This document shows positions 32,206-40,000 of a stretch of DNA of 40,000 nucleotides, one piece after another. The notes under the pieces are model-generated. The model was not told the origin of the DNA. It made no database searches and saw only the letters and a program-made list of their open reading frames with translations. Made by a program: the position numbers and the translations under genes. This DNA comes from Haloquadratum sp. GTDB taxonomy: Archaea; Halobacteriota; Halobacteria; Halobacteriales; Haloferacaceae. Location of the stretch: positions 2,221 to 42,220 of the forward strand of contig JAVLBV010000006.1 of assembly GCA_031580685.1 (NCBI GenBank), in the 5' to 3' direction. Every line of letters starts with the position of its first letter. Position 1 is the first letter of the stretch.

Positions 32206-33288
32206 TCAGAACGCCCGCGCCTGCTCGAGCACGGCTGCCGCCTCCCCATCTGCAAGGCTCGCACGGGCCATCTCCAGGCCCGTCTCGATCGACGAGGCAT
32301 CCTCCCGTGCGTAGATCCGCAGCGCGGCGTTCAGCAGTGCTGCGTCACGGATGGGTGCTGCTGCCTCACCGGCGAGCACCGCCTCTGTCAGCCCCGCAGA
32401 CGCAGCCGCGAGGTCAGCCCCCTCGACCCGCAGGTCATCCTCGGTGAACGTCAGCCCGTAGTGGTCAGGCTCGATCGCATAGTCGGTGAAGCTACCATCG
32501 GTCGACTCGCCCACGGTCGTGTAGCCCGGCCGGATGTCGTCATACCCCTCCATCCCCTGGAACATCAACACCCGTCGGGGTGTCGCGTGCTCCATCGCCG
32601 CGAAGGTCTCGACGATCTTCTTCGCGAACGCAAGATGGTAGAAGGAGCCGAGGTGCACGGATGCCCCAGCCGGGTTGGCGATCGTCTCGATCGTGTTGAT
32701 GAACGTCCGCACCCCCATCTGGTCGCGGCGGTCCGTCAGCGCCGCGATGTGGGGTGCGAACGCCGACTGGTGGTAGAAGCCGAAGCCGACCGCATCGGTC
32801 ATCCGCGCGGACTCCTCTGGCTGCAGGTCCGTGCGGACCCCCAGCGCATCGAGCACATGCTTGTACGCGTCCTGCTTCTGCGTGGGCACACGGTCCCCCG
32901 AGTGGACCACGATCGGGGTGCCCGCGCCCGCGGCGATGAACCCCGCGATGACACCCAGGATGGCGGTGCGACCCTTCCCGTCGTAGTTCGCACCACAGTC
33001 GACCGGGTCCACATCCGGGGGCACGACCTGCGTCTGCTCCATCATCACATCCGCGTACGCCGCCAGCTCCGTCGGTGTGTTGTGCTTCCATCGGTTCGCG
33101 AGCCAGAACGCCCCGAGGGTGGTGGCGTCCGGTTCGCCTGCGAGGATCTGGCGCATCGCGGCGGTCGCCTGCGGTCGGCTGAGGTCCTGGGCGGATTTGA
33201 TGCCCGTGCCCACGACCTCCGTCATCAGCCGCTTGAGCGGCCACGACTCCGTGTCGGCAGCGGGTGGTGCCTGGGCCATGTGGACCAT
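32206..33288 (-). CDS. Anthranilate phosphoribosyltransferase-family paralog (TrpD2-like, glycosyltransferase family 3 fold)
   Basis: It has a TrpD-like N-terminal helical domain ([26 protein letters not shown]). The PRPP loop GTGGD of the true TrpD is replaced by [11 protein letters not shown]. Start is ATG 33288 (MVHMAQ) or 33279. Confidence 0.78.
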   Translation of the reverse strand: MVHMAQAPPAADTESWPLKRLMTEVVGTGIKSAQDLSRPQATAAMRQILAGEPDATTLGAFWLANRWKHNTPTELAAYADVMMEQTQVVPPDVDPVDCGANYDGKGRTAILGVIAGFIAAGAGTPIVVHSGDRVPTQKQDAYKHVLDALGVRTDLQPEESARMTDAVGFGFYHQSAFAPHIAALTDRRDQMGVRTFINTIETIANPAGASVHLGSFYHLAFAKKIVETFAAMEHATPRRVLMFQGMEGYDDIRPGYTTVGESTDGSFTDYAIEPDHYGLTFTEDDLRVEGADLAAASAGLTEAVLAGEAAAPIRDAALLNAALRIYAREDASSIETGLEMARASLADGEAAAVLEQARAF

Positions 33289-33360
33289 GCGTGCGGGGCT
33301 GGCAAAAGGCACGCGCCTCGGGGCGAAACCGGTACATGTGCACCCCCCGCATGTGGGAGC

Positions 33361-34398
33361 ATGAGCGCGGGGGCAGGGGACTGGCAGGTGGGGCTCGATG
33401 CGACGGACCGTGCCCTGATCGATGGGTTCCAGAGTGGGTTCCCGCTGCACCCGGACCCGTTCGAGGCGGTCGGCCGGGCGCTCGAGACGAGTGCGGCGGA
33501 TGCGTTCGCCCGACTCGAGCGGCTACGGGAGCGGGGGATCGTCCGACGCTTCGGGGCGGTGCTGAACCCGCCGGTGATCGGGTCATCCACGCTGGCGGCG
33601 GTGCAGGCACCGCAGGAGCGGTTCGACGAGATCGCCGCGGTGATCAACGGGTACGACCAGGTCAACCACAACTACCGGCGCAAGCACGCGTGGAACATGT
33701 GGTTCGTCGTGACCGCCGCCACGCAGGACCGACGCGACCGTATCCTCGCAGAGATCGAGGAGACGACCGGGTGTGAGGTGCTGAATCTCCCGATGCTCAC
33801 CGACTACTACATCGACCTGGAGTTCCCGGTGGTGAACGACGATCGCATCGCGCGCGAGGGCATCACCCAGACCGAGGTGTCGGCGACGCGCATCAGCGAG
33901 GAGGCCATCGGTGATCTCACCGACACGGAGCGGGCGGTCATCCTGGCGATCCAGGATGGCTTCCCGCTGACGATGACCCCCTATGCGGCGATCGGCAGCG
34001 AGCTGGGGATCGACGCGGTACGGGTCACCGAGACGATCAGCGGGCTGATCGAGAAGCGCTGCATCAAGCGGGTGGGCTGTGTGATCAATCACATCACCAC
34101 CGGCTTCACCGCGAACTGCATGGTGGTCTGGGACGTGCCAGATACGGAGCTCGACCGTCGGGGCGAGGAGGTCGGGCGGCTCCCGTACGTCACACTCTGC
34201 TACCACCGCCCGCGACGGCCCGAGCAGGGGTGGCGGTACAACCTGTTCACCATGGTGCATGGCCGGGAGTCGGAGATCGTCGATGCGAAGATCGACGAAC
34301 TCGCGGCGGAGCATCTGCCCTACCCGCATGAGCGGCTCTACTCGGAGGAGAAGCTGAAGCAGACCGGTGCGCGGTACCGCGCGCTGGTCGATGGGTGA
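33361..34398 (+). CDS. ahbAB: Siroheme decarboxylase, fused AhbA/AhbB-like (two Lrp/AsnC-HTH plus NirD-like modules)
   Basis: There is an internal duplication: LDATDRALIDGFQSGFPLHPDPFEAVG... and LTDTERAVILAIQDGFPLTMTPYAAIG... Each copy is followed by a VNHNYRR- or LCYHRPRR-type C-terminal half. Start is at ATG 33361, and the upstream 300 codons of the track ORF are antisense to the previous gene. Confidence 0.82.
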   Translation: MSAGAGDWQVGLDATDRALIDGFQSGFPLHPDPFEAVGRALETSAADAFARLERLRERGIVRRFGAVLNPPVIGSSTLAAVQAPQERFDEIAAVINGYDQVNHNYRRKHAWNMWFVVTAATQDRRDRILAEIEETTGCEVLNLPMLTDYYIDLEFPVVNDDRIAREGITQTEVSATRISEEAIGDLTDTERAVILAIQDGFPLTMTPYAAIGSELGIDAVRVTETISGLIEKRCIKRVGCVINHITTGFTANCMVVWDVPDTELDRRGEEVGRLPYVTLCYHRPRRPEQGWRYNLFTMVHGRESEIVDAKIDELAAEHLPYPHERLYSEEKLKQTGARYRALVDG

Positions 34399-34407
34399 TC
34401 CGCACAG

Positions 34408-35175
34408 CTACAGGAGGCGGTCGATCGTGCGCATCGCCAGTGATCGCCCGCGGCTGGTGCTGCCGCTGACCGCACGGGCGGCGCCGTAGCGGAGCTTCCG
34501 GCGGGCTGCGGTGAGGTAGTGTCCGAGGGCCATCCTGAGGGGTGTCCGTCGCCCATCGATCGCATACGGGCGCTGACGCAGTGCGTCGATCACGAGCGCC
34601 GCATCTGCATCTGCGCGGGCATCGATCGGCAGCTCGACGGTCGTGTAGGCCCGACCCACGTAGCCCGCACGATGTGCGTCACTCCCGGCGACACCGGGGT
34701 AGTCGTGCCGTGCGGCGTAGCGGGCGGCGCGGCGGTTCTGATACCCCGTCAGGGTCCAGGAGTTGTACGTCTCGATCGCATCGGGGCGCACCCCCCGAAG
34801 GCGGCGACGGGAGACCCCATGCCGGGAGCGCTGGAATGGGTGGGGGATGATCGAGACCCCTCCCTGTGCGCGCACGGCCTCGATCGTCGCCGCGACGGAC
34901 TGATGCGGCTCCGGCAGCGTCTCGATCCCGAGTGCAAGCAGGTGCCCCGCGGCCGTCGAGACCTCAGCGCCGACGATGCCGATGAGCCCATACGTCGGGG
35001 CGAGGCGCGCCGCCCGAAGCGACCCCTCGATCGCGTCATGATCGGTGATCACGACCGCATCCAGCCCGATCTCCGCAGCCTGCTCGACGAGCAGATCGAC
35101 CGGTTCGGAGCCATCATACGATGCGTCCGAATGGACGTGCGGGTCGATGCGCAGGGGGACTCCCACACCGGTCAT
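34408..35175 (-). CDS. PHP domain metal-dependent phosphoesterase
   Basis: Seen in the translation: RIDPHVHSDASYDG, VVITDHD, IIPHPF and GSDAHR. Confidence 0.85.
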   Translation of the reverse strand: MTGVGVPLRIDPHVHSDASYDGSEPVDLLVEQAAEIGLDAVVITDHDAIEGSLRAARLAPTYGLIGIVGAEVSTAAGHLLALGIETLPEPHQSVAATIEAVRAQGGVSIIPHPFQRSRHGVSRRRLRGVRPDAIETYNSWTLTGYQNRRAARYAARHDYPGVAGSDAHRAGYVGRAYTTVELPIDARADADAALVIDALRQRPYAIDGRRTPLRMALGHYLTAARRKLRYGAARAVSGSTSRGRSLAMRTIDRLL

Positions 35176-35206
35176 CGCTGGCGCAGCGGTAAGAATCTGG
35201 CCGCCG

Positions 35207-36253
35207 TCACCCCTCGATGGTCTCGGCGATCACAGCCGCCTGGTCGTACCCGTTCCAGAACGCCGCGGGCACGCGACCCACACCGGTCACCCAGTCACCG
35301 GCGACGCGGAGGCGTGCATCCGCCAGTGGGTCATGAACCACCGGCTCGACGGCATCCTCTGGCAGGGCGTACCGCCACCACTGATGGTCGGTCCAATCCG
35401 GCAGCCGATAGCGGTCATCCCCGACCGTCTGCGCGAGGATATCCGACACCTCATCGGCGATCTGTGCATCAGGTGTCTCCGCATGCCGGCGGGAGTAACC
35501 GCCACTCAGCTGGGCGATCCAGAGGCTCTCACCGGCCGGCACGCGGCCCTGCTTGCACTCCTCACGACTCAGCCAGCCGACCGGCCGGGCCTGATCGGGG
35601 TCGACGACCGCGTACCACTCGAAGCTGCTCGGGAACGGATAGTGCAACACGACCGTGTGGACGGACCGGTAGGGGACCGCATCGATCGCGGCCACCACCG
35701 GATCCAGCGTGGCAGGAGCGTCCGATGCCGCGAGCAGCGCGGCGGTCTGGGGCGCAGGCGGCGTCAGCACCACCCACGCGTACGGTCCGTGGCGGCCCCC
35801 ATCGGTGTCAGAGAGCGTCCAGGCCCCCGAGGCCGACTCCAGACGCACGATCCGTGTCCGACGGTGGACCGTCGCATCCGCCCCCGCCAGCACCCGCTTG
35901 GCGAACTGTGTGATGCCATCCTCGTAGGTCCAGTGCACCCCGCTCGGTGGGTCGCCGGGGGTGGGACGGCCATCCTCATCGTACACCCAGACCGGGGCCT
36001 CGATCGCCGCGGCATCGGCTGTGCCCAACCGCTCGATCAGCGCGGCGGTACGGTCGTCATCGATCGTGATGTAGTTGGCACCGTGGTCATAGGTGCAGCC
36101 ATCCCGCCTGCGGCTCGCCGCCCGCCCGCAGACCCCGCCGCTCTTCTCGAACACCTCGAGGGCGACACCGGTCTCCGAGAGGCGGTCGATGACCCCCATA
36201 CCGGCGGGGCCTGCGCCGATGACGGCGACGCGGGGAGGGCTGGAGGTGCTCAT
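35207..36253 (-). CDS. NAD(P)/FAD-dependent oxidoreductase (amine-oxidase/renalase-like fold)
   Basis: Seen in the translation: VAVIGAGPAGMG (GxGxxG), FEKSGGVCGR, and a C-terminal GDWV flavin motif. Confidence 0.8.
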   Translation of the reverse strand: MSTSSPPRVAVIGAGPAGMGVIDRLSETGVALEVFEKSGGVCGRAASRRRDGCTYDHGANYITIDDDRTAALIERLGTADAAAIEAPVWVYDEDGRPTPGDPPSGVHWTYEDGITQFAKRVLAGADATVHRRTRIVRLESASGAWTLSDTDGGRHGPYAWVVLTPPAPQTAALLAASDAPATLDPVVAAIDAVPYRSVHTVVLHYPFPSSFEWYAVVDPDQARPVGWLSREECKQGRVPAGESLWIAQLSGGYSRRHAETPDAQIADEVSDILAQTVGDDRYRLPDWTDHQWWRYALPEDAVEPVVHDPLADARLRVAGDWVTGVGRVPAAFWNGYDQAAVIAETIEG

Positions 36254-36283
36254 GGGTGAGGCAGCGACCGCGCTTGCAAGTAC

Positions 36284-36889
36284 TTACTGCCCAACATCGT
36301 ACCACCGCAGGAAGTTGGCGATCAGCTGATGCCCCACACCGGTCAACACCGACTCAGGGTGGAACTGGACCGCCTCGAGGGGGTACTCCCGATGGCGCAC
36401 CCCCATGATGAGCGCATCAGCGTCGGCGGTCCTGGCGGTGACCGAGAGTGCTGAGGGCACCGTCGCAGCGATGAGTGAGTGGTACCGTCCTGCGACGAAC
36501 TCCGCGGGCAGGTCGGTGTAGATCCCCGCACCATCATGGGTGATCGGCGAGGTCTTGCCGTGCACCGGGGTGGGTGCCCTGTCGATCTCCCCGCCGTAGA
36601 CATGGACGGCCGCCTCAAGGCCGAGACACACCCCCAGGACCGGCATCTCGGGCGCGAGCTCGGTCAGCACGGCGGTGGTGACACCCACATCGCGCGGGCG
36701 CGCGGGGTGCCCCGGCCCGGGACTGATCACGATCGCATCGGGCGCGGCCGCCTCGATGTGCGCCAGGTCTGCGGTGTTGCGGAACACCTCAACGGTCGGT
36801 GCGGATCCACCGACCGTCTGTGTCGAGAGGTACTCCACCAGGTTGTAGGTGAAGGAATCGAAGTTGTCGATCACGGCGATCGTGGTCAT
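36284..36889 (-). CDS. trpG: Anthranilate synthase component II (glutamine amidotransferase)
   Basis: Seen in the translation: IAVIDNFDSFTYNLVEYL, the catalytic GVCLGLEA, and the FHPES triad. Confidence 0.92.
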   Translation of the reverse strand: MTTIAVIDNFDSFTYNLVEYLSTQTVGGSAPTVEVFRNTADLAHIEAAAPDAIVISPGPGHPARPRDVGVTTAVLTELAPEMPVLGVCLGLEAAVHVYGGEIDRAPTPVHGKTSPITHDGAGIYTDLPAEFVAGRYHSLIAATVPSALSVTARTADADALIMGVRHREYPLEAVQFHPESVLTGVGHQLIANFLRWYDVGQ

Positions 36890-38451
36890 GCCTCCTCCGT
36901 GGCCGCCTGCCGGAGCGCAGAGAGCACCGCCCCCATCTTCTGCTCGGTCTCTGCGTACTCCGCAGCCGGGTCGCTGTCTGCGACGACACCTGCACCGGCA
37001 CGCACGGCGACCTGGCCATCCGCCACGGTGGCCGTGCGGATCACGATGGCAAAATCCGCATCACCCGACCACGACCAGTAGCCGACACCACCGCCATAGA
37101 CGCCACGGGGGCCCTCCTCGAGCGCACGGATGATCTCCATCGCCCGGAGCTTCGGGGCCCCGGTCAGCGTCCCCGCAGGGAAGGTCGCACGGACCGCATC
37201 GAACGCATCACACTGGGGGTCGAGCCGGCCAGAGACGGTCGATTCGATGTGCTGGACATGGCTGTACTTGATCACCTCCATGAACGCGTCGACCCGGACC
37301 GACCCCGCCTCGGCGACCCGGCGCACGTCGTTGCGCGCCAGGTCGACCAACATGGTGTGCTCGGCGCGCTCCTTGTCATCCGCCAGCATCTCCCCGGCGA
37401 GGCGTCGGTCCTCCACCGGCGAGCCGCCGCGCGCGCACGTGCCCGCGATCGGATTGACGACGACCGTCCCATCACGGACCGACACGAGCGTCTCGGGGCT
37501 TGCGCCGATGACCTGTCGGTCGCCATCGTTGAGGAGGTACATGTACGGAGACGGGTTGATCGCACGGAGCGCATCGTACAGATGCGTCGGGTCCAGGTCC
37601 GTCTCGAAGCTCCGTGCGCGCGCGATGACCCCCTGGTAGATGTCCCCTCGCTCGATGTGATCGATCGTCGTCGAGACGGCGCGCTCATACGCCAGACGGT
37701 CCATGTCCCCGTCTGTGGGATGGAACGTCCCCGTCACAGGGGCGGCCGGCGACAGATCGGTGAGGGCAGACCGGACCTCCTGCAGCCGGCGGTTGAACCG
37801 CTCGAAAGCCGCATCCTGCATCTCCGGGGAGGTCATCAGCGGGGTGTGGATCAGGGCTGCCTCATCGGCATGATGGTCCACGGCGACCGTCGTCGTCGTC
37901 ATCGCGAACACCGCATCAGGTCGGCTGGTCGCGGGCCGCTCGACGCCCACCTCATCCAGCCAGATATCGTAGACCGATTCGTACGCGAGGAAGCCGACGA
38001 GCCCACCGCTGAACCGGTACGGCGGACGTGCGGGGATCGCCGAGGCGTCGATCGGCGAGACGATCGCGCGCAGACGGTCGAGCACATCACCCTCGACCTC
38101 CGCCGCTGCGGCCCGCAGCCGGGAGAACGGCTCCGTGAAACGGGGCGCATGGACATCGATCTCGATGCTCCCGCCGGTGACGGCGATCGTCGCGATGGGG
38201 TCCAGCCCGATGTACGAGAACCGCGCGTGAGACACGGGTGCCTCATCACCGACGAACGCACCGGCTGGATCGGAGGAGGCGATCTTCGCGCCGCTTTCGA
38301 GCAGGAACCCATGTGGGGATGACCGGGTCAGTGCCCGGTAGGCATCCAACGGATCGACCATCGGGAGCGGCGCATGGAGGTACCCCACCGCGGGGTACGA
38401 CACGGTCGACAGCGCATCGTCGAACTGGGCCTCGGTGACCGCCGGGGCCAT
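36886..38451 (-). CDS. trpE: Anthranilate synthase component I
   Basis: A 521-aa chorismate-binding enzyme with PSPYMYLL, GTLTGAPKLRAMEII, RGVYGGGVGYW and AGAGVVADSDP. It overlaps trpG by 4 nt and shares 1 nt with the trpF stop. Confidence 0.95.
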   Translation of the reverse strand: MAPAVTEAQFDDALSTVSYPAVGYLHAPLPMVDPLDAYRALTRSSPHGFLLESGAKIASSDPAGAFVGDEAPVSHARFSYIGLDPIATIAVTGGSIEIDVHAPRFTEPFSRLRAAAAEVEGDVLDRLRAIVSPIDASAIPARPPYRFSGGLVGFLAYESVYDIWLDEVGVERPATSRPDAVFAMTTTTVAVDHHADEAALIHTPLMTSPEMQDAAFERFNRRLQEVRSALTDLSPAAPVTGTFHPTDGDMDRLAYERAVSTTIDHIERGDIYQGVIARARSFETDLDPTHLYDALRAINPSPYMYLLNDGDRQVIGASPETLVSVRDGTVVVNPIAGTCARGGSPVEDRRLAGEMLADDKERAEHTMLVDLARNDVRRVAEAGSVRVDAFMEVIKYSHVQHIESTVSGRLDPQCDAFDAVRATFPAGTLTGAPKLRAMEIIRALEEGPRGVYGGGVGYWSWSGDADFAIVIRTATVADGQVAVRAGAGVVADSDPAAEYAETEQKMGAVLSALRQAATEEA

Positions 38452-39083
38452 CAGATCGCCCCCCGGGCCGCCGCGATGAATGACCGCACTGCACGGGGGT
38501 CCTTCCGCCCCGGTGCGGCCTCCACACCCGAGGCGACATCGACCGCGTATGGGTGCAGGCGCCCGACGACATCAGCGACCGTGTCGACCCGGAGCCCCCC
38601 CGCGATGATGCAGGGGAGATCGACCCCCTCCATCGCCGCGGTGACCCTCGAGAGGTCGACTTGCTCGCCGGTTCCACCGGCGCCTTCGGCCGTCAGCGAG
38701 TCGACCAGCACCGCTGCGGGCCCCACCTCGACATCCCGGTAGGCCCCCAGCCCTGCCGGGTCTGTCACAGCGACCACCGGACATTCGAGGGTTTCGACGG
38801 CCTCCTGGATGGCCGCTGGGGGATGATGGCCATGGATCTGCACGCGGTCGGGACCGATCGCACCGACGAGCTCCACCGCATCGACCGGCTGCTCCGGCGT
38901 GCACACCAACACGGAGGTGATCAACGGGGAGGCGGCGGCGACCAGCGAGCGTGCGGTCGCCGGGGAGACACCGCGGGGCGTCTCGAGATCGGTCACGATC
39001 ACCCCGAAGGCATCCGCCCCCGCCTCCTCGATCACCCGAAGATCCTCCTGCGTAGTCGTCCCGCAGATTTTCACCCTGGTCAT
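38451..39083 (-). CDS. trpF: Phosphoribosylanthranilate isomerase
   Basis: Seen in the translation: MTRVKICGTT, ADAFGVIV, QIHG and LLVDS-type segments, and IIAGGL. Confidence 0.9.
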   Translation of the reverse strand: MTRVKICGTTTQEDLRVIEEAGADAFGVIVTDLETPRGVSPATARSLVAAASPLITSVLVCTPEQPVDAVELVGAIGPDRVQIHGHHPPAAIQEAVETLECPVVAVTDPAGLGAYRDVEVGPAAVLVDSLTAEGAGGTGEQVDLSRVTAAMEGVDLPCIIAGGLRVDTVADVVGRLHPYAVDVASGVEAAPGRKDPRAVRSFIAAARGAI

Positions 39084-39088
39084 GTCGC

Positions 39089-40000
39089 TCAGGCTCCCAC
39101 TCGCATGGCGTCCAGCAGCTCGTGGGCGGCGCCGGAGTCGATCGCAGCCGCGGCCGCTGTGGTGCCCGCCTCGAAGGATGAGACGACGTCGGTGATGTAC
39201 AGAGCGGCTGCGGTGTTCGCGAGGACCACGTCGCGCTTGGGGCCCTCCTGTGAGCCATCGATGACCGCCTCCAGCGTCGCTGCATTCTCAGCGGGGCTGC
39301 CGCCGGCGACCGCCTCGATGGGTGCACCGTCGAGGCCGAAGTCCGCCGGCTGCAGCTCGTAGCTCTCGATGGCATCGCCGGTGACCTCCGCCACGGTGGT
39401 GGTCCCGTGCAGCCCGACCTCATCGAGCCCGGGGCTGTTCACGACCAGGGCACGCGCCACGGGGAGACGCGCGAGGGCCTCCGCGAGCGTCGGGACGAGT
39501 GCTGCGTCGTACACGCCCAGCAGTTGGGCATCTGCACCAGCGGGGTTCGTCAACGGCCCGAGGATGTTGAAGATCGTGCGCATCTGCAGCTCGCGGCGGG
39601 GGCCGATCACCGCCCGCATCGCCGGGTGGAACACCGGTGCGAGCATGAAGCCGATACCGATCTCATCGATCATCGCCTCGACCTCCGTGGGCGCCGCATC
39701 GATGGTCACACCCACCGCATCCAGGACATCTGCGCTCCCAGATGCAGAGGAGACCGAGTAGTTGCCATGCTTCGCGACGGCGGGCCCCGCGGCCGCAGCG
39801 ACGATCGCCGTCATCGTGGAGACGTTGATCGTGTCATGTGCATCACCGCCGGTACCACAGGTGTCGAGCAGTGGTGCGCTCTGAGGCGCGATCTGCTCGG
39901 CGGCTGCCCGCATCCCCGCTGCGAAGCCAGCCAGCTCTGCATCCGTCTCGCCCTTCATCCGGAGGCCGGTGAGCAGGGCCCCGATCTGTGCGGGCGTTGC
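39089..40000 (-). CDS. trpD: Anthranilate phosphoribosyltransferase (C-terminal 303 codons; N-terminus beyond right edge)
   Basis: The frame stays open to position 40000 (...TPAQIGALLTGLRMKGET...). It has the canonical LDTCGTGGDAHDTINVST PRPP motif and KHGNYSVSSASGSADVL. Confidence 0.92.
   Translation of the reverse strand, partial: ATPAQIGALLTGLRMKGETDAELAGFAAGMRAAAEQIAPQSAPLLDTCGTGGDAHDTINVSTMTAIVAAAAGPAVAKHGNYSVSSASGSADVLDAVGVTIDAAPTEVEAMIDEIGIGFMLAPVFHPAMRAVIGPRRELQMRTIFNILGPLTNPAGADAQLLGVYDAALVPTLAEALARLPVARALVVNSPGLDEVGLHGTTTVAEVTGDAIESYELQPADFGLDGAPIEAVAGGSPAENAATLEAVIDGSQEGPKRDVVLANTAAALYITDVVSSFEAGTTAAAAAIDSGAAHELLDAMRVGA

Noticed and set aside
32461-33360. The 300-codon N-terminal extension of the ahbAB track ORF, and similar extensions of acn (6675-6911) and the hydrolase gene (22743-23024)
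   Set aside because: These extensions are antisense to neighbouring genes and lack homology-like sequence. Internal ATGs with TATA-like elements about 25-30 nt upstream give proteins of the expected family length.
34519-35913. A 464-aa plus-strand ORF across the PHP and flavoprotein genes
   Set aside because: It is extremely Arg/Pro/Ser-rich, it crosses a gene boundary on the opposite strand, and it has no start context. It is a high-GC artefact.
36406-36455. ATGATGA ... CTGA pair resembling C and D boxes, antisense to trpG
   Set aside because: It has only a 3-bp possible terminal stem and no recognisable C'/D' boxes, and it lies inside a coding region. It is consistent with a chance occurrence. 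The same applies to other RUGAUGA heptamers (for example 330, 2392, 8671, 12087, 27681, 31803), which lack a correctly spaced CUGA or stem.
1-40000. A search for CRISPR arrays, IS elements or terminal inverted repeats, prophage or defence genes, rRNA, and large ncRNAs
   Set aside because: I saw no regularly spaced direct repeats, no transposase/integrase/Cas-like translations, and no non-coding gap larger than about 185 nt. The window appears to be conserved core chromosome.

Overview
This window is a very GC-rich, gene-dense stretch that looks like conserved core chromosome of a haloarchaeon (class Halobacteria). Diagnostic genes are the proteasome-activating nucleotidase PAN, a CetZ tubulin, aIF1/SUI1, NOG1 and EngB GTPases, Tsr3, RaSEA, pyruvoyl arginine decarboxylase, tungsten-type AOR, F420 biosynthesis genes cofC/cofE/cofG with a Mer-like oxidoreductase, an AhbA/B fusion, and a trpD-F-E-G operon. 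I call about 50 protein genes, many joined by 1-8 nt overlaps, plus one tRNA-Leu(UAA). Most divergent spacers carry a TATA-like element about 25-30 nt upstream of the ATG, which fits leaderless haloarchaeal mRNAs. I found no rRNA, CRISPR array, transposase, integrase, prophage or recognisable defence island. I also see no convincing novel multi-gene system; this is an ordinary housekeeping region. The best unexplained signal is a well-formed box C/D sRNA candidate at 12819-12882 in the longest non-coding spacer. One of its guides is complementary to the conserved 23S rRNA helix-69 loop. Secondary observations include:
- a cluster of a small membrane protein, a RAM protein, a TrkA-like protein and a second RAM protein;
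- a cetZ / exported protein / cofC / cofG gene string with a 32-nt coding overlap;
- a TrpD paralog that has lost the GTGGD motif;
- a mirror-symmetric 38-bp bidirectional promoter;
- mutually exclusive hairpins behind the tRNA;
- several unusual translational couplings.
The many long antisense ORFs in the supplied track are high-GC artefacts. Functional calls rest on my recognition of protein families from the translations, because no database search was possible.
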